Below the pieces are notes generated by a model, which was not told the origin of the DNA, searched no databases, and saw only the letters and a program-made list of their open reading frames with translations. From positions 53,228,523 to 53,255,758 of the forward strand of contig NC_057719.1 of the NCBI RefSeq assembly GCF_004010195.1: 27,236 nt of DNA, given 5' to 3'. Numbering within the stretch: the first letter of the stretch is position 1; every line of letters begins with the position of its first letter. Position numbers and translations under genes: made by a program. Positions 23,546 through 27,236 of the stretch are shown piece after piece. The DNA is from Chiloscyllium plagiosum. Taxonomy: Eukaryota.

Positions 23546-24408
23546 CTGAGGCAAGCATTTCCCTGCATAGAAGTGTTTCTTGTCTAGTGGTTGGTCATGT
23601 GAATGACAAATGCAGACAATCCAGATGTGAATTGAAGCAACGACAACCTTAATTCCATGAACATTTGTACCATAACAGTAGCAAATTACTTCTCACAGTT
23701 CTGTGAAAAGATGCAAAATAAAGAAAAAAAAGATCAAATTTACATATGGAGATATTATCTGTAAACAGAGAATGGGACAGCTTCCATTCATTTCTCAATT
23801 TTCTTAAATAAGTATAATATCCTTCTTTCACACTCAAGAAGATTGCTATTCTACATTGAAAGATGCATTAATGTCACACTGAATTATTTAATCACATAGT
23901 GCGGACATGCATGATCACATAGAGCTGGAGAAGTTTTATGCGATGTGACAATGTGGGATTGGCATGGGATTAAAGGATTTGTAATTTACCTGAAGATCAA
24001 TGAGTAAAGCATAATGAGAGTGGCGACAAAATAAAACTTAGATTCAAACATTAGAATACTTATTATGAACACTCATTGTGATTCTATACCTGTCAGCAAG
24101 GAATTTCCTCAATGATCATAATTTTGTTGGTTTCCTTTATACTCTTCTGGCTCTAAAATAGCTCAGACTGGAACCACATTCCCACAGTCAGCTCCTGTAA
24201 AGATGCTCTTCATTTCTTAGGCAGTAACTTAACCTAATGGACATTTCGGTTGATAGATCACACAGCCCGTAAAATCTGACTCTCAATCTGTTAAATTCAT
24301 TAGAACGTACATATTGGGATTGAAGAATAGTTAGAAAATGAGTGTAAATGGATTCTGCTCAAAAACATGCCTACAAGTTATGTGGTGCTGCATTGTGCTT
24401 CTGACTTG

Positions 24409-24599
24409 CCATGTCAAATTTGATTGCCATGGAAAAAATTATGATTATATACAATCAACAATGACTTCAGTGAATTCATACTAAAATGACAAATCATTTT
24501 CCACTACCAATTATCACTCCACCTTCACTCTACAACTTTAATTTCCTGAGTAAAACACATCTTCCATTCATCCAACTATTAATTAAACCACAGCACATT
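24409..24599 (+). repeat. Donor copy of 191-bp local duplication
   Basis: Identical to 25700-25890 except 24421 T vs 25712 G. Confidence 0.97.
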
Positions 24600-24652
24600 C
24601 ACTCCCACTCTCTACACTACTGATACTTGTTTCACCTTTTTATTTTTCTCAG

Positions 24653-24732
24653 CCCACAAAATATTTGCAATACTGAAGTTCCCAAACATGGCAGTTATGC
24701 TCAAGTTGGATCCAATGCTTCCTGCAGTGCAG
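24653..24732 (+). CDS. Candidate exon (80 bp)
   Basis: Branch-like tactgat, strong tract ttcacctttttatttttctcag|, donor CAG|gtacat. Frame HKIFAILKFPNMAVMLKLDPMLPAVQ ends in phase 0. Confidence 0.25.
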
Positions 24733-24946
24733 GTACATTGGGGGGGGTGTACTGACTAGGAAGGCAGTTCATTTTCATGGGAAAGGCAGATCCCAATGGT
24801 GCTTGGGCCATGTCTACAGCATTCACCTGCCCATGCTTGCTAGATGAACATGTCTTTCAGGACGCCTTCTGGAAATGATTTGCTCAGACCCATTGGCAAA
24901 ATGCTCCATGCATCAAAATAAGTCCCCTTTTGACAATGTGTTACAG

Positions 24947-25048
24947 TCTGAAGTACATCGCAAGCAACTGAAACTGAATTGTTCTCAGTTCAACATATAC
25001 ATCCATGCCTTGGAACGGAATGTTGAAGAACAAGTCAATCACTTTGAG
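24947..25048 (+). CDS. Candidate exon (102 bp, phase 0-0)
   Basis: gttacag| ... GAG|gtaaca. Open frame SEVHRKQLKLNCSQFNIYIHALERNVEEQVNHFE. Confidence 0.25.
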
Positions 25049-25490
25049 GTAACAGTGAAATGCAACAATGCATGAATGAACTGCATCATTTTTCCTGGGG
25101 GAACTAACATCTAATATCTAATGCTAACAGAGAATGAAATATATAAACATCCTTTAATTCTCATACTCTTGTAGTTGCATCACCGCAAGCTCCTTTAGCT
25201 AGACTGATTCATTATATCTCTGATTTAACAGAAACCAGAACAAAGAAAGCAAGATCGCGAAGAGTAAGATCTCAAGAATTTCTATACTTTGTTATCGACT
25301 TTCCTTATCCACCTACTGACACAGATGATTTAAATAAAAACTTGGCTAGAGTAGGAGAAGTAAGAAAAAGGTATAACAAGTGTTGCAAAAAAAGATGTAA
25401 TCTTGGTAACTCATCTGGGAATGCATATAAAAGCTAATCAATAGCTACACGTCATTACATATAAATAGAACAGACTGCAAAGTTAGAACA

Positions 25491-25623
25491 AAAATTGAAA
25501 GAACTGTGACTGCTAGAAATCAGAAACAAAATGAGAAATTGCTGGAAAAACTCAGCAGGTCTGGCAGCATCTCTGGAGAGAAATCAGAGTTAACATTTCA
25601 GGTCCAGTGACACTTTTTCAGAA
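25491..25623 (-). mobile_element. Penelope-like single terminal repeat with tail
   Basis: Aligns to 2556-2656 and, inverted, to 2676-2731. Flanked by ttagaaca at 25483-25490 and 25624-25631 (possible TSD). Confidence 0.7.
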
Positions 25624-25662
25624 TTAGAACATTTTTTCCTAGTACATTTTGGAAGAACACTT

Positions 25663-26171
25663 GGGTGGCACAGTGGCTCAGCAATTCCCAGTTTCAATTC
25701 CATGTCAAATTGGATTGCCATGGAAAAAATTATGATTATATACAATCAACAATGACTTCAGTGAATTCATACTAAAATGACAAATCATTTTCCACTACCA
25801 ATTATCACTCCACCTTCACTCTACAACTTTAATTTCCTGAGTAAAACACATCTTCCATTCATCCAACTATTAATTAAACCACAGCACATTGGGCGACTGC
25901 CTGTGTGGAGTTTGCACATTTCTTCCCATGTCTGTGTGGGTTTTCTCTGGGTGCTCTCATTTTCTCCCACAATCCAAAACTGTGCAGGTTAAGTGAATTG
26001 GCCATACTAAATTGCCTATAGTGTTCCAGGATGTGTCGGTTAGGTGCATTACTCAGGGGTAAATATAGGATAATTGGTTAGGGGAATGAGCCTGGGTGGG
26101 TTACTAATCAAAGAGTCAGCATGGACTTGCTGGGCTGAAGGCCCTGTTTCCATACTGTAGGGATTCAATGA
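25663..26171 (+). mobile_element. HE1-like SINE with deleted head and a 191-bp foreign insertion
   Basis: gggtggcacagtggctcag...gtttcaattc [insert] gggcgactgcctgtgtggagtttgcacatt, then V-domain and CR1-like tail. Compare the reverse complement of 859-1177. Confidence 0.85.
25700..25890 (+). repeat. Inserted copy of 24409-24599
   Basis: 190/191 identity, direct orientation, offset 1291 bp. Confidence 0.97.
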
Positions 26172-26921
26172 GAAAGACCCACTGGATCATATGGACATGA
26201 TCAAATGGAAAAGCTAACTTACCTATTACCTAATATACCTATAGATCAGAACCTGGTATATATGATTACCAGGGATAGAAATAGTTAGTAAAAATATATA
26301 ACAAACTGTGTTACTTTGAAAAAGTCAAAGTCTGAATAAAGTTCTTGGCATTGCCTTTTCCTTGATCGGTCTCTAAAGAATCCAAACTCAAAACACAGAA
26401 ACAGCTTACATAATAAAATATAACCTATAAGATAGACTGAAACAAAATTGATATATCCAGCAACCAGAGAAAAAGTAACAATCTTCATCACACACAAAAA
26501 AAGCATAAAATCCAAAGCTATGAGAACAAACATACTAGGCATTCTCATCATCATCTCCCACAGCTCCTTACAATTCCTGCAACTGTTATACCTACTCCTC
26601 CATTACAGTTACCTATCTGGGTTTTTCATATCTTATGATGTTTCATGGGTAGAAGTCACAGGAGGTTCACTGTTTAAACTGAGATCAGACTAAACAAAGA
26701 ATCACCTCACAGGGAATGCATTTACAGAGCAAATATGTCTGCCTCGTGACACTGTTCACATGGAAGGTGTCATGGCAACCTAACTGGCTCAATTAATTCA
26801 ACTAGAAACAGCATTGAAAGTGTCATAGAAAAAGGGAATAATGTAATGAGAGAACTAACTTCACTCTTTTGTTTAAATCCTTCAGAATATATTCTTGACT
26901 GCTAATTTCAGCATTATACAT

Positions 26922-27236
26922 TAGAACATAGAACAATACAGCACAGAACAGGCCCTTCGGCCCACGATGTTGTGCCGAACATTTGTCCTAGCTTAAGCAC
27001 CCATCCATGTACCTATCCAATTGCCCCTTAAAGCTCACCAAAGATTCTGACTCTACCACTACCACAGGCAGCGCATTCCATGCCCCCAACCCACCCCTAA
27101 CATCTCCCCTATACCTTCCACCCTTCACCTTAAATTTATGTCCCCTTGTAACACTCTGTTGCACCCGGGGAAAAAGCTTCTGACTGTCTACTCTATCTAT
27201 TCCTCTGATCATCTTACAAACCTCTATCAAGTCACC
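26922..27236 (-). mobile_element. CR1/HER1-like LINE 3' end running off the window
   Basis: ORF 26988..27230 IEVCKMIRGIDRVD...TRGHKFKV...WNALP is a CR1 C-terminus. Tandem tail tagaaca-tagaaca. Confidence 0.9.

Noticed and set aside
24409..25890. 191-bp direct repeats as LTRs of a small retroelement or a DGR template/variable repeat pair
   Set aside because: The second copy splits a SINE whose head lies between the repeats and whose body lies outside. There is no TSD or PBS/PPT, and only one mismatch, not at an adenine.
26285..26693. Hydrophobic ORFs on both strands
   Set aside because: Explained by A/T-rich compositional bias; no recognisable domain.
1..27236. CRISPR array or prokaryotic defence system
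   Set aside because: No regularly spaced repeats or operon-like gene density; the content is vertebrate retroelement-rich DNA.

Overview
Vertebrate genomic DNA, most likely a shark or other elasmobranch, judged from HE1-like V-SINEs and HER1/CR1-like LINEs recognised from memory rather than by database search. The window is AT-rich and dominated by nested, mostly decayed retroelements: CR1/L2-group LINE fragments of several ages, three HE1-like SINEs, a probable solo LTR, and about eight Penelope-like element (PLE) terminal remnants. Several PLE remnants are short TSD-flanked hairpins carrying hammerhead-ribozyme-like cores. No intact or recognisable protein-coding gene was found. Nearly all listed ORFs are transposon fragments or noise, and only low-confidence spliced exon candidates remain. 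The most unusual direct observation is a 191-bp, 190/191-identical copy of unique sequence from 1.29 kb upstream, inserted at the B-box of a SINE (25700-25890). I see no convincing novel multi-gene system.
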